From the NCBI GenBank assembly GCA_050084515.1, contig CM114271.1, forward strand, positions 35,092,001-35,156,000: a stretch of 64,000 bases of DNA. The letters run 5' to 3'. Source of the DNA: Blasia pusilla (Eukaryota). Below are positions 32,701 to 46,200 of the stretch, piece by piece. Position numbers and translations under genes: made by a program. Positions within the stretch are counted from its first letter, which is position 1, and each line of letters opens with the position of its first letter. The notes below the pieces were generated by a model. That model was not told the DNA's origin and did no database searches. It saw only the letters and a list, made by a program, of their open reading frames with translations.

Positions 32701-35700
32701 ATGCCACATATGCAATTGGGGCCTATAATTTTCTTGGTTGGCGATGGGATAGAGGTTTAGCAAGGAGACATCCTTAGTATCCTTCTCACCTTATTTTAAA
32801 CTCTATAGATGAGAGCCTTCTTTACCTATTTCCATTCGTCGTAATGTTGGTCAAATGTTGAACCTTGATGATCTTGTGGTATGAGTGTGAGAATATTCTC
32901 AATGGGCGAATAATTTTTAGAGTCATATCCATGAGATTAGAGAATTTGGCTATTGCACAACCATGAGACATATTGAGGTATGTAAGGAAAATGTTAGAGA
33001 CCAATGATTTAGAGCCTTCATGAGGGACACTATATGACATCTATAATATTGGGCATACTATCTTTAGATTTTATGAGCTATTGACATCCGATGTTCTCTT
33101 ATTGGAGGGACCTGATAGCATAATTTGGAGGTATATGATGTGTATAGTTATATGTCATATCACCTTTCTAACATTGATAGGACAATACACCAAGCTTAGT
33201 TGTAGTTCCGACAAGCTTATATTTTATGTTTTGGAGATTTGCTCAAGGTGCACTCATTATGCTAGTTTCTGATGGATGGTTGAGAGGATGGCAGCTGGCA
33301 TGTCTGGCGCCACCTCTTGCTAGAGTTCCTCATGGATGATGGATATGTCCAAGATGTATATAGAGTAGGTACTAGGTGGTCATATATCTAGACTTGTGTT
33401 AGTGATATGGATGACAAGAAGGCGATTAATGACGGGGCCTCATGACCATCTGACCTTTTTGCTCTTCACATCATAGATTTGAACCCTTTTTCTTTCCCTC
33501 ACAATTGGATCAATGTTTATACATTGATCACCCTTTCCTTCAAGACTACAAGTATGTCATTACAGACATTCCTATATGTAGACAAGCTTTGCAAAAATTT
33601 GATACTGTGCCCCATGATGTACAATGACATACTTAACATATTTAATGAATACAACACAAATATTTTACATATTCACTTGAAATTTTATAATAACACAACA
33701 ATACCATACAATAGTGCAAAATTCCTTTTTTCCCATAGATAAGTTGTTCTACTTCCCTCAATTGGTGTGCTTCCTTGAAGATTGAATCCATCGTGAACTC
33801 TTTTGAGCATACAATGTGTTGCTTAGCAAAATACTCCTCAAAGGAATGAGGCTCTTTGGTATCAAGCACATACTCTATCCACTTCAACTTTCTATAATGG
33901 CCTTGAGTTTGAATTTTTCCATGGAACTACTTGCTATTTAAGGTAATAAACTTATCACATGTTGACTTCAAATGCGATTTTTTAGGAGAAACAACCAAGA
34001 AACTCCTACCATAATTTCTTAAATGCACATACGAGTAAAAGCCTCTTATTGATGGAACCAAATAATACATTAACTCTTGCAGCTCCTTGCACTTGCTTTT
34101 CCAAACCAATGACGTCATTTCTCCAACATTTGAGGTACTCCCCATATCCACAAGGGTAATTAAGGCTTGCTAAGCCCAAAAAATGAAATTCCAAACCCAT
34201 GCCTCTTATGGAACCTTTTATGAGTAAAAAAAATCAAAAGGGATGCATTTATGACTCAAAGTAGGAGTTTTATGTTAAGTTGCAAGTACCTCCACTCACA
34301 CTTGGCAAGAACACGCATTCGCATATTGTGACTGGTAATAGCAATGCCTTTTTAAACTATGAAATAACCATTTTCCAAGTACTTGGACTCACAAAAAACT
34401 TGCGAGTCTCATTACTCCCAACATAGTCATGCCTTGCAACAAGAAAACTAGTCGCAACAAAGCCGCAAGGTAATTGCACGAAATGCAATCGCAAAGTGAA
34501 CTCGTAATGGACTCACAAGACATCCTCAAAGTTGATTATTGGACCAAAAAATTAGCCACACGATGATCAAAATCCCTTGTAGTGCTTGTCAATCAGTTAT
34601 AACAACTTTGGTATTTTTTGTCTTATTTTTTGTTTCTTGGTATTCTAAAGGAAAGTGCTACAAGAATTTTGGCTTGAAGTTCCTAATCTCTAAGCCCTTC
34701 CATAACAACTTCAAATCACAAGTCAATAGAATAGATAGCATGGTTGCACAAAAATAGACAAGTCCGTCCCTAAGACAAACATGGAAGGATAATTACGAAT
34801 ATGCATTCCAAGATATGGGGCCCACACTTTTTCTTATGGTGGGAAGGAAGGGGAGGGCGATTAGGGTAGCAAGGTGAGAGGGACTGAAAATGGGATGAGG
34901 AAGCAATGAGCAAGTGCATAATATGGAGGCAAGTGGGGGGCAAGAGAAAGAGAAAATAATGGGTCTTACATGGACAAGTCCTTCCTTAGGATAGATGTAA
35001 GTCCAAGGACATGGACTTTGTCCACATGAAACCTTGATAGGCACCCAAATGAAGTAATAAGATATTTTTTGAGAGCTTCATATACTCAATTATTTCACTC
35101 TCAAGTCCTTTAGCAACCAAAGGGTAATATTTAGCACGGTTAGATTGATTACTCACAAAGACCCAATAGGAAGAGATATACGGTTCATGTTGTAAGATAA
35201 GGATAAAATACTCATTTAAGAATTTACCTACAAGTTATGTACAACCCAAAAGAAAAGTAATCAAAAAATCCTTCATTTGAAATAAAAGTAGATTATCCTT
35301 GTCAACATGAAAATGTCAAATGTATGAATACGAGAAGACGATGATGGAGATATATGATCATTAACATATTAATGCTAAAGGATGTAATGTGAAGATGTTG
35401 GCATATAATTACAATTCAAGATTAAAAGGTTAGAAAATTTCCCATTTGACATAGTGAGGCATCCAAAACTTATGATTAGAAATCTCTATTATTAATATCG
35501 TTAACTCTTAAAAGCAGTGCAAAATGTTGTGTAAATAAGGTATGTATTTTTGTCTTAAATTCCTAGTTTCCTTTGCAAGAAAATTTCCAACCATCTTTTC
35601 CTACTAGAGTGTTTTCGATTTCCAATATTTTCCCCTAGTTTTGTTTCCCTTTCCAATTTTTTATAATTTGAACAAAGGTTTTCTCTATAATAATACACAA

Positions 35701-36408
35701 TTAAACTAATGGTTATCATCTGTTTTCCTTGTGTAGGAAAGTCTTCCAAGAAATGCAATAAAGGCATCATTTGCATATCCCTATCACCCTTGGTTGGGTC
35801 AAGTATCATACCAAGCTAGATAGAACTTTTGAGTCAAAGTAGTTTTGTCTTTTGTTCCTTAATGATTTTTGACCCATTGCAAACCATTAAAGACTTACTA
35901 AATTATTTCTTTAATAAGATCTTTAAATTATTTGGATATTATGTGGCTTGAGTTCTACGTTTGAGAAGGCTAATGCAGTGCCTAAATTTTTTGATTTTGA
36001 CTTTGGTTACAAAGAAAAAATAATTCTCGTAAGCCATGAAAGTAATCACTTTAGATTAATATTTGGAAAATTTTGGGTTATATATTTGTGGGCACAAAAT
36101 TTGCACGCTTGGAGATTATAATCATGGTCTCCATATTTATGAATTTTGATTGCATTGCGATTATGATTAAGAACTTACGAAGTGAAGTAATTCATAATTT
36201 CTTCTCCTTATTGTCAAAAATTCAATAAAGATTAATTCTTACATACTTGAAGGAAGGAAAATGGTATCTTTGTTCCCATCCCTCCATTTTTTGAATCATT
36301 TTTTATGTTCACCCTAGTGGGAAGAGTCATTTAATGAGTTGGAAAAAGAAGGAAAAGAGCTTATTAATAATGCTTTGAGGATTCAATTCTTCTTAAGCCA
36401 TTTCATGG

Positions 36409-36411
<3 letters not shown>

Positions 36412-36472
<61 letters not shown>
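36412..36472. repeat. (AG)30 microsatellite
   Basis: Uninterrupted AG run. Confidence 0.98.
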
Positions 36473-36474
<2 letters not shown>

Positions 36475-39400
36475 TCACACTTGCACAAAGTATATAGTTT
36501 ACATAAAGTTGGTCTTCAAAGATTTCAACTCTTAAGAAACTCTACTATGCTTTAAGTTAATCAAAACCTTTTGTTAAAGTAGTCAAGATTCCCTCGAGAA
36601 TCATCAACTCTCCCTTTTGATAGTCCTTCTCTTTCAAATGTCACTACTTATTATCAATAATGATGTTATTAGTGTGCCTTGGTAATGTCAAAATGAGCAT
36701 AAACATTAGTGTCGATACGACTAGCCAAAGTGATGGGTGCTTACTCATCTCATTGTCCTTTCAAATTTGACCAACTACTAGCTTTTGTGTCAAATTTGTT
36801 TCAAATATTTAATCATGTAGTTTATGGAGTTATTTTTTGTTCTCATTGAAATCATTTTTATATTATTTTCCATACTTCTTGCCTGCTTCTCCTCTTGGGA
36901 TGTTGTTGACTTTATACTTTCCTTATCCTCTTGTGAGGTTTTTCTATTTAAGAAAAGTGGATCTATCTATTGAAAAGGATAATAAGACAAAATTTAGTAT
37001 CTCTCTTGCATACTTGCTTCCTTGTAGAGGGTTCAGTTGAACTTTGTTTCAATACTCTATCTAATATAGGAGATCTTTCGAATTTTACTTAAGTACATTT
37101 TCTTTGAGATGGACATGCTTTGTTTTTTCCAAAAAGGTCATGAGCTCACATGTTTTAAGTCCTATTGGTCATATTTAAAATACTCATATCATTTACAAAT
37201 TATTTTAAATTATTTGAATACCAGGTGGATGTGACAATTATTAAGTAAGATTCACATCCTTATATGATTTCAAATTAGAGACCAATTTTTTTTGGGGGAA
37301 ATTAGGTCATAGACACATTTTTCATAAGAATATACACTTTGAAAATTTTATATTCTTAAAAAGGTTCCAACCTTAAAAATAAGAAAATTCGAAAGGATGA
37401 GATGTAATGGTGACACATATCAATACATGGGATCTCTAATTGTGACATTACCAAAAAAAGAGTTACATAAGCCTAGGTATCTTCTTCTTTGCTAAAACAA
37501 TTCCATAGCCCCTTTAAACCATCCCAAATGGGACTCCTAGGTCCTTGTATCCCCGACCTTATTACAATGATTTTTGTAATATGAGTTACAACACCGGTAA
37601 GGCTAAACTCCCAAATAAGGCTTTGTAGGATATAAATAAATAGTTTATCATAATTATGTAAACGACCTTACAAATGTGTATCTTATAGATTTTAAGTTGG
37701 AAAGTTGAACTCAATATTTTGTTGAGTGGAAATCGTTCTCACCCCTAATATGGTTACAAGTATGGCCCTTAGTAATGGACAGCCAAAGTGTCATTAAGAT
37801 AGAAACATAAAAAAATGAATAAACAAGGTTACAACATTTAAATATGATAGTGCTCGATAAATGATATGCTTGACATGCCTTTAAAGTTTTCTTTGTCTAT
37901 TTATGTGATAGAAGGGCGTTGTGTGAATCCTAAGAATCCTCATCTTTTAAACCACGATGGGCATGATGTTGTGGCCGTTTCAATCGACATTTATGCCGAT
38001 GGGATAAAAAGCGATAGAGGGATGGTTGGCAATTGTTGGCTCTTATATGTGAACTACATTTTGTTACAAAGGAGAACATGCATTATTTTTTATTCCTGAC
38101 TGGAGTGGGGACTGTGGCGTACCAATGTAGTGAATGTAGCATGACTCTATATGTGAGCAATCCAATTGACAATATAAGGCCTACAAGAACATGTGGCATG
38201 ATTTTAAGTTGGATGTTATGAGATCGAGAGCGGCGTTCATGTGTAGAGAGAGGCGCAACTCGACGCAGGAATTTTGGATTCCCTAATTAGATCGGATATA
38301 TACATGAAATGGAAGGTTGACGTGGTAGTGACCGACGTCATAGTTGAAAATCCTGCGACTGATTTAGTTTAGGCATATGTGTTAAGATGTTAGCCTAAGG
38401 GAAATTGATATATAGAGGAGTAGTAGTGGTGGCATGGGAGAAGAATCATCTTTATGGTTTTCATCATAAAGGACATCGCTCCATCCCATTAGGTATTGAG
38501 ATATACGGAGGTATGGGCGAAAGGTTTCATTCTTTCCTTATTGAGTGTGCCCATCTTCTCCACTCAAGGAACAAGTTGCTTTAGCTACTATACCACTATA
38601 ATTTTAGACATCATGTCTAAATCCTCAAGTTGGATCCATCCCTCTATAAGGCATCCAAGACTATTGTCTTCTGCAGCGGGTTTAGGTTGTGGGAGACGCC
38701 TTAAGGTTGCTAGATGTTCTCTTGCTAAGAGTCACGTATCTTTGACTATCGGTGATATTATTTGTAAAATGAATGAACTTAGATTTTAGGGGGACTCCTC
38801 TTCTCTCCTCCTCTCTTTCCCTATGACTCTCCCCTATGAAAGGATGTCCAATGCATTGCTTTTTTCTTCTTCACCCTAGTAGGATGTAGCCTTGATATTC
38901 TCCATCTGGTTGAGTCCCCTTCCCTATACTTTGCATGGATTTCCCCTTTTTTTAAATTTCTCGATTTCAGATAGAACAACTAAAGAACTCCAAATTCAAT
39001 TCATAAATCAAATCAAAATCATATTTATTTAAAAATAAAGAAAAGAAGTGCGCCCATCATAACTGGTCCACCAAGACCAACCCGTGTTGTGAGCGGGGCC
39101 GACAGGTGGAGTGAAGGGAACGTCTAAACCCATAGCATTTAAAATATGAAGATAAAAAGTTTTTCCTTGTGCGTCTCTCTCGTTAACGAAGCGCGTGCGT
39201 GGAAAATATTATAAAACAGGTTAAAGTAGCGGAGTGGCTTACGTGTATGCCTTCCCATGCATCTTATGAAGAGTTTATAGGATTATTTAGTGACCAATGA
39301 TTAGTACTTTTGCATGAGGCAGAGTGACATGAAGAACAGCCCATGAGATACCTACCTTTGAATATATCCTCATCATAGAGGAGAGGAAAAGAATTCTCGC

Positions 39401-42223
39401 TTACATCATGTAATTGTTTTGAATTCTGCGTTGATGGGTGAAAAGAATATAATGCAAACAAAGGAATGTTCTATTTATTTCGTTTTAATTGAAAGGATTG
39501 CATACGGATAACTAATTCTTCTTCCAAAAAGATTTCAATTAACTGAAAAGAAGGAAAAGTAGGCATGACAAGTGCTAAAGATACCTTGACTCGGGAGGAA
39601 AACGAAAATATCTGAATTTCTACTTTTCATTTTTATTTTGTACTAAAGAAAAGGTCACCATTTCGTCCCATTTGAAAAAAGGCGTGCATATTTCGATGGA
39701 ATTATGGTTAAAAATAAGTATTCGAATTATAACTATTATCCCATAACAAATAACATAAAATCTATAATAAAATAAGCCTAATAATGAGTATGTGAAAATG
39801 GATGGAACCGACAGGAAGACGAATTAGATATCCGTAACTTTTGAAGATACGGATTATGTAATGTCCCAACTCTTCGAGCCATCAAGTCAAAGTCGCATAC
39901 ATCATACATGTTGCATTCCCTTCACCATGCCATCTCAGATGACGGCATCGAGTGCGGAAGTGACGCGTGCTAGACATCGAAGCACCGCGTGCTGAGTCAT
40001 CACTTGGGTAGTTAAGTTTTGGCCTCTTGTGAGGTCGGCACGTCGCAAAGTTTAGGTGATCGTCGGGAGTTTAATAGTTTTTCGAATATGTTGTTTCTTT
40101 CTTTATCTATATTATTTTGAAAATTCATTCTTCTTATATATTTTTTACATTTTGAGGTTGATGTTCATGGGCATGTCATAATTACATACATTAAAGAAAA
40201 TCTAAGAATTTCATATGTTTTAACATAGTTTTATTTTCCCCTAATTATGATCCTCAAAGATGATTTGAGGCACTAACTATTTCCATCTTACAATAAGATT
40301 GCCACCACGATGATACAAAAACCATTTGCGACATGCAAGCCTCTTGCTTGTAGATCATACATATGCCTCACATATAATAGTTATCCCTGGTAAATCATGT
40401 TTGATATCATTGAGAAATTTAGAATCGATAATTTGAGTCTTCCAAACTTGATTCAAGATCTATCACCATATGAATCGGAAAAAATGTAAATTAAATTCTC
40501 AACATAAAAATTCACTAGGAAGGGTTGGAATGGTTCTTGCATCCCAATCAAATTATCATACCATGTTTGGAGTAGAATGTGTGGGACTCATTTTTTTAAA
40601 TAATTCAAACTTTGCACCAACAAAGCCCATTACATATTATATGAAGCAGCACACTTATGATCCCTAAATTTTAAATAGTCCCTAATAAAATTTACAAGGA
40701 GTGGGATCCATCTCACGGCACCCTTGCCTTGACATTGTTGATGATTGTCGATTGTAGAGATGGATGGATGTTGCGATTCTTCTTGTCAACTATCAACAAT
40801 GTACATATCTCCAATTATCTTTAGGAAGAGATCCTTTCAACTATTTTTTTTGTTCACTTTTATGATTATTTTTTTTCAACTAATGATCATTATGATGCAT
40901 TGGTAAATTAAGTCAGGAAACAGAAGAGGCACAATGGTAGTAGAGCCCAATAGTCAAGCCCATGTCGTGGGATGAGTTGGATTATTTTTTTTCTAGAATT
41001 AAGAGGTTGGATTTCTTGTAATTGGGGCATCCTTTTTTCAAGAATTTTGGCCTAATGATTGTATAGGATGGTAATCCAACCAAGGAGATCCATATGCTTG
41101 AGCCTTTTAATTATGACATGAAGAAGCTCAGTGAAATCAACAAGATCCTCATACCAAAGACATTCTAAATCTTATCTGAGGATACTGTGTGCGACAATGT
41201 GTCATTGCTTTGAATTTATGGTCTCCAAAAATAAATACATAAATGATTGACAACCATTGCTTTGTGTATGTTTCTAGTTGATGAAATGCCTCGTCTATGT
41301 TGGAAGGCTTTGTACAGAACTGTAGATGATTTCAAATATTTTCGCTAGAAAAGGTATGTGCATGCTTCATTTTCTTGGAGTTGCTCCTCTACTCCTCTTA
41401 GTTAGCCTTGCAAAGAGACTCCTACGTTCACCCTTGTGAGCGGAAGACTTGGGTTGGGTTTTAAAACTTAGTTGCACACTTTACGAGGAAGAATCCAAGA
41501 AGATATTTCCTACCTAGATTTGTGTTCCGAATCTCATAAAATGCATATTTTCCCCCTAGAAATCCTTATCCCAACCCTTGACCTAACTCCTTTGGTTGCT
41601 CCATCATCCAAGCTAGAGAGAATGTGGTGGCTATCTTCAAGGTGCGTCCCTAAGAGTATCCTAGCTCATAACTTGAAGGCCAAATACAAAATATGGTCAA
41701 ATTTTGATTCCAAATAGTGAGTGGGTAGTGAAGGAGAGTTCCTCCAAACACTCCTATTGATACTTGTAGAGTTTAGTTTTCCTCCTCTCCATCCTAATTA
41801 TCCACTCTAGCCACTACTTTTGGCCCTCAACCCAAATGTTGATCAAGATCTTCCATTTCCAAGTCTCACATCCCTTCGTATGTTTTCCCTAGTTCATGCA
41901 ACCAATTCTAGCCCTTTCTAAATAAGACTTGTCTCTAGATGCACAACCATCTTAACTAGTCTTAGCCCATGGAACGATATGCCACACTTGGGTCTTTAAG
42001 GTTGATCTGAGGTTGGGTTTCTCGCCCATTTTGACCTTCCCATCATGGATCATTCCTTTGTGTCCCTCGTCTAATTACTAGCCAATATAAGATCTATCTC
42101 ATTTTTTTTCACTAAAGAAAATCCTCCTTTCACCCACGATCATGAATTTCTTGCAAAGTTCATATTGGTGTGCTCATTCTAAGACTTAACTATTCGCAAC
42201 TTTAAAATGAAAATAGATAAGCC

Positions 42224-42307
42224 CCTTAAAATCAATGGCACATTTATCCTTTCTTGGTCACTTCGGGAAGTGACCGAGAAAGCATAAATATGCCATTGAT
42301 TTTAGGG
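42224..42307. repeat. Near-perfect palindrome/hairpin with ~41-bp arms and minimal loop
   Basis: AAAATCAATGGCACATTTATCCTTTCTTGGTCACTTC-GG-GAAGTGACCGAGAAAGCATAAATATGCCATTGATTTT; 3 mismatches in the inner 37 bp. Confidence 0.9.
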
Positions 42308-42363
42308 AGGAATGTAATTATTTAGGGGAGATGGATATTTTCTAAAGGTGATTTTCTAACTGG

Positions 42364-42923
42364 GTTTTCGTTCGATCGAATTTCGCTAACTCATCGTGTA
42401 CGATCCATATATGTACTTTCCTTCAAACATTCTACCATTTGGGCAAAGCCTAATTTTCGTACTATCTGCATGCGTCTGCGCAAAACACCATGGCTATTAT
42501 GAGCTTAATATGTGTGGAGACATTGAACCCTCAAACTAGACTTAACATTCATTGGCGGGTCTCTCGAATAATAGTATAGACTTTCTATATGTGACTTTTT
42601 CCGAACTTGCAGACAACTATATACATAGATATAACTTAGTTGCAAAGCCAATTCCTTTTGAATTTTAGTTACGATCCCTACAAGAAGTGGATTCCAACTG
42701 CAGAGCTTGCATAATGGAAGTTACTTGTAACTTTCTTGACCTTAGGATGCGAATTTTGAACAGTAGGATGTTAGCATATTAAGCTCATAATAGCCATGGT
42801 GTTTAGCGCAGACGCATGCAAATAGTAAGAAAATTAAGCTTTGCCCAAATGGTAGAATGTTTGAAGGAGAGTACATAAGTGGATCGTGCATGATGAGTTA
42901 GCAAAATGTGATCAAACGAAAAC
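42364..42923. mobile_element. Foldback/MITE-like element with ~147-bp terminal inverted repeats
   Basis: 42364-42510 is the reverse complement of ~42776-42923 (for example CCTTCAAACATTCTACCATTTGGGCAAAGC / GCTTTGCCCAAATGGTAGAATGTTTGAAGG). No clear TSD. Confidence 0.8.
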
Positions 42924-42947
42924 GGAGACTATTATCATATTATACTA

Positions 42948-42975
42948 CTAGTGAGGTGCCCGTGCGATGCACGGG
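42948..42975 (-). mobile_element. Helitron 3' terminus
   Basis: Minus strand reads CCCGTGC-ATC-GCACGGG hairpin, 7 nt, CTAG, then T, the canonical plant Helitron end. The 5' TC end was not located. Confidence 0.8.
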
Positions 42976-43265
42976 AATAAAAAGTGTTTGAAAATTTTTG
43001 TTACTGTATAATTTGTGAAGGGAAGGGATTAATGATGCAACACACAAATTCAAATCTTTTTTATCGCTGCTTGCATAAGCCACTTGCTGAATATGTTGGG
43101 AGAAAGCCATTAGGAAGATGCTAAAAAACCATGCTACATATTCCACCTACTAACAAACGAGGAGTAGGAAGAAAAGCCCTTGTGAAAACCTCTCAGTCAA
43201 GTTCCAAGTCAAGATCTCTTGTATAGTATTGCACAAAATATGCCGCAACACCACTTGAAGGAGGG

Positions 43266-46200
43266 TGTTGTGCGCATACACATCGCTACACAACCCACAT
43301 TGCTAGTCACATCTACACACCACACAATACCAATCTTCCCCAACATACGGGTAGATCCACACATAAATGAAACATACTCATGCATATCTATTGGGACCCC
43401 ATAACAGAATCAAGAGTAGTAAAAATGGCTCACCCGGCCTAAAACTCCACTCATGAATCTACATCGGCATATTGAACCACATGCACCCTCTACTATGAGG
43501 GAATCCGGATGCTAGCACCCTAACTCCTACACACCCACACACGTCTATGCAAGAGAGGTGCTCCTAAGGCTCAACATGAGAAAGATGGCTTGAGAAAGCC
43601 ATCTCTCTCACTCTTATACCCTTGGGAAGAGCCAAAAGGCTCTTTCCCCAAAAATAGCCTCCAAACGGTAACATGCGTGCACAAGTTACCGAGGACCCGT
43701 TGATTCACTCAACGGGTCACCTGACAGCCTAAAACCAAAATAGGTAAATCACCATAAACGATGTTCCCGACACAACAGACTTGTCGCCTACCTCATCCGA
43801 CATCTCGGGATGAAGTTACACCCGAACAACCCACCGACTCATTATTCCGTCGACGCGATAGAACTCTACCTACGTAGAAATAAGCTGTGACAACTCTCGT
43901 GCCCATACACATCGCTATACAACCCACATTTCTGGTCACATCTACACACCACACAACACCGATCTTCCCCAACATACAGGTAGATCCACACATAAATGAA
44001 ACATATTCATGTATATACACCGGGACCCCACAACCACCCCCTAGCTGGCAGTTGGGTCCCCCTAACTCTAGATAGCACACACATATATACCCAACAAGAT
44101 CTCCTATCCTACACACATCTAGCACCATCGACGCCGTCATCCTCGGACACTGCCGCACTGCAGCAACCCGCCGTGTTGATCCCTCCGAAGAGATCTAACA
44201 CTCTCGTACCCTGCTCCAACATAGGCATGGCTCCACGCCTGCCTCACGAGCTCGTCTGCACTCCACACATCTCAACGCTCGTCCCCAACAACAATAAAGC
44301 AACTCTGCACCATGGGAATAGACACCCACCCTAGCATGTCTCTCCGTGGGACTATCCGCTACAGGAATGTCCTCCGCATGTGTGCTCCTCTCCCCAAACC
44401 ATCCTGATCAGCGAACACCACCTATGAATGCTGCCAACGTGGTCATCGTATCCTCACGTGGTCAACCACCACTACTCCCTGCAAACTGCACTGGTAGATG
44501 GCTCCCCCGTCCATCACTTGATCGCCACCCTGGCCGATAATAAATTGTCTCCTCCCAAAAATCCAGAATAAAACCTAGAGGGTACAACACCGTACTCCCT
44601 ACCAACACATCATACGACTCTGTCAGTGTAGTAATCGCTCGAGTGCGCACCATCTGTGAATGCTGCTAACGTGGTCACTGTATCCTCATGTGGTTGACCA
44701 CCACTACTCCCTGCAAACTGCACCGGTAGATGGCTCCCCCATCCATCACCTGATCGCCACCGTGGCCAATAACAAACTATCTCCTCCCAAAAATCCAAAA
44801 TGAAACCTAGAGGGTACAACACCGTACTTCCTACCAACACATCATACGACTTTGCCGGTGTCGTAATTGCTCGAGTGCGTACCATCGCACTATCCAACTC
44901 ATGCTCTGGTTGGAGTCTAACCACCAACTCTTGTTGAGTCATGAACTGCGTGGGTGATACGCCCCAAATAGAGGTCTGTATCTGAAAGGGACAACACTCG
45001 ATGTCGCCTTTCCGTAATCCCAAGGCCAAACACACCGCCTTCCCTAACATCAAGGGCTGCGCTCCCGAATCAAGTAGGACGCGTTGCGGGTGGTACACCG
45101 TACCTGTGGGACTAACCAAGCGAAACACTCCTACTTAGTTATCCAACAACATCACAACTGGTGTGATCATGGCTCGCTCTATGGCCGGTCGAGCTGGCAT
45201 GTCTACCAACTTTGCCGCTGCCGCATGCCATAACTCAATGGGGGATGTCTCGAGCTCCTGCTCCGAGGGCAAGTCCATCACCTCCTCAAATACCTCTAAA
45301 CGAGCGGCAGTAATCTCTCCACGCTCACACAACATGGCGGCCAGCTGGAACACCTCCGCTGGTCCAACTCCCAATATCGCCAACTCCATGGCGGAAAAAA
45401 ACAGAGCGTGGCTCACCCTAGTGGCCACCTCCAACAACATGGTCAACACTGGCTCCTCCCGAGCCAGCATAGGAGTTGTCTCTCCAACTCCTCGTGACGT
45501 CGATGCACTGTTCCACTGTGGGTACTACCAGTCGTCGAGGCACCATCAACGGTGTATGAAGTGCCTCTGACAAGGTGAATGACTCCGGAACCCTGGCTTG
45601 TCGCCCATCGGTACCCTCCTGTGGGTTAATCTCAACCCTACCTCTCGATGGCTTGGTTACTCTTGCTGCACCTTGAGTCACCACCGCAGCAGCCTCAACC
45701 TGAGCCGCACTACACATAAATCCCATCCCCGTAGAATCCTCACCAACATCGTGGTATGATGTGGAGGTTGACTCCACAATAGCTACTCTTAGCTCTGGGC
45801 CCACCTGTAGCTGCATCATCGTCATGGCAGCAATCCTTTGCTCCAACTAATCGATGCGCGTAAGGAGCGCTGCATCGAGTGCACGTCCTCCATCTCCCAT
45901 GACTGGTGATGGCACTCTACCACTATGATCATCTACCACTCAATCTCCACCAACTCTCTCGCCCCCAAGTCCTCTGCCTACCTTAGGACGTACATCTCGG
46001 CAAAGATCATAACAGCTATCCCTAGTGTGACCATATCGGTGACAATGATCACACTATAATTGTGGTGGGGCCATCCTTTGTGGCTCCTGGGCAATCGGAG
46101 GCGTCCGTGGTCCTCTCCCATGTTGTGGACAGTCCCTTTGCCTATGTGACCCACCACACGTCCAACAAGCCAACCCTGGACCCTGTTGGGAAACATACGT

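Larger units (their letters stand above)
24200..33478 (+). mobile_element. Old, heavily mutated near-full internal region of the DNMT/PHD Ty3 family, containing two nested solo-LTR-like inserts
   Basis: Collinear with 53400-61100 (-): gag ~24600-25650; DNMT remnants VKVVDL (~27880), DISLLGT*DLDQMVTIDLFIGGWSC*G (~28083-28163) and RSRLFW; RT YIDD (~30962); RNase H THHQPVKWLLEFDKL...WALLLQEYDF; integrase ~32150-33000; PHD ~33220-33360. Boundaries approximate. Confidence 0.88.

Noticed and set aside
33480-34200. Possible hAT dimerisation-domain remnant on the - strand (QYQIFAKLVYI...)
   Set aside because: Too decayed to support by eye.
41990-42040. VFKVDLRLGF, resembling the RT motif KIDLRSGY
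   Set aside because: No neighbouring RT motifs found.
34200-42200. Numerous 60-100 aa ORFs in AT-rich DNA
   Set aside because: Mostly non-ATG starts and no recognisable domains; probably decayed repeats or intergenic sequence.
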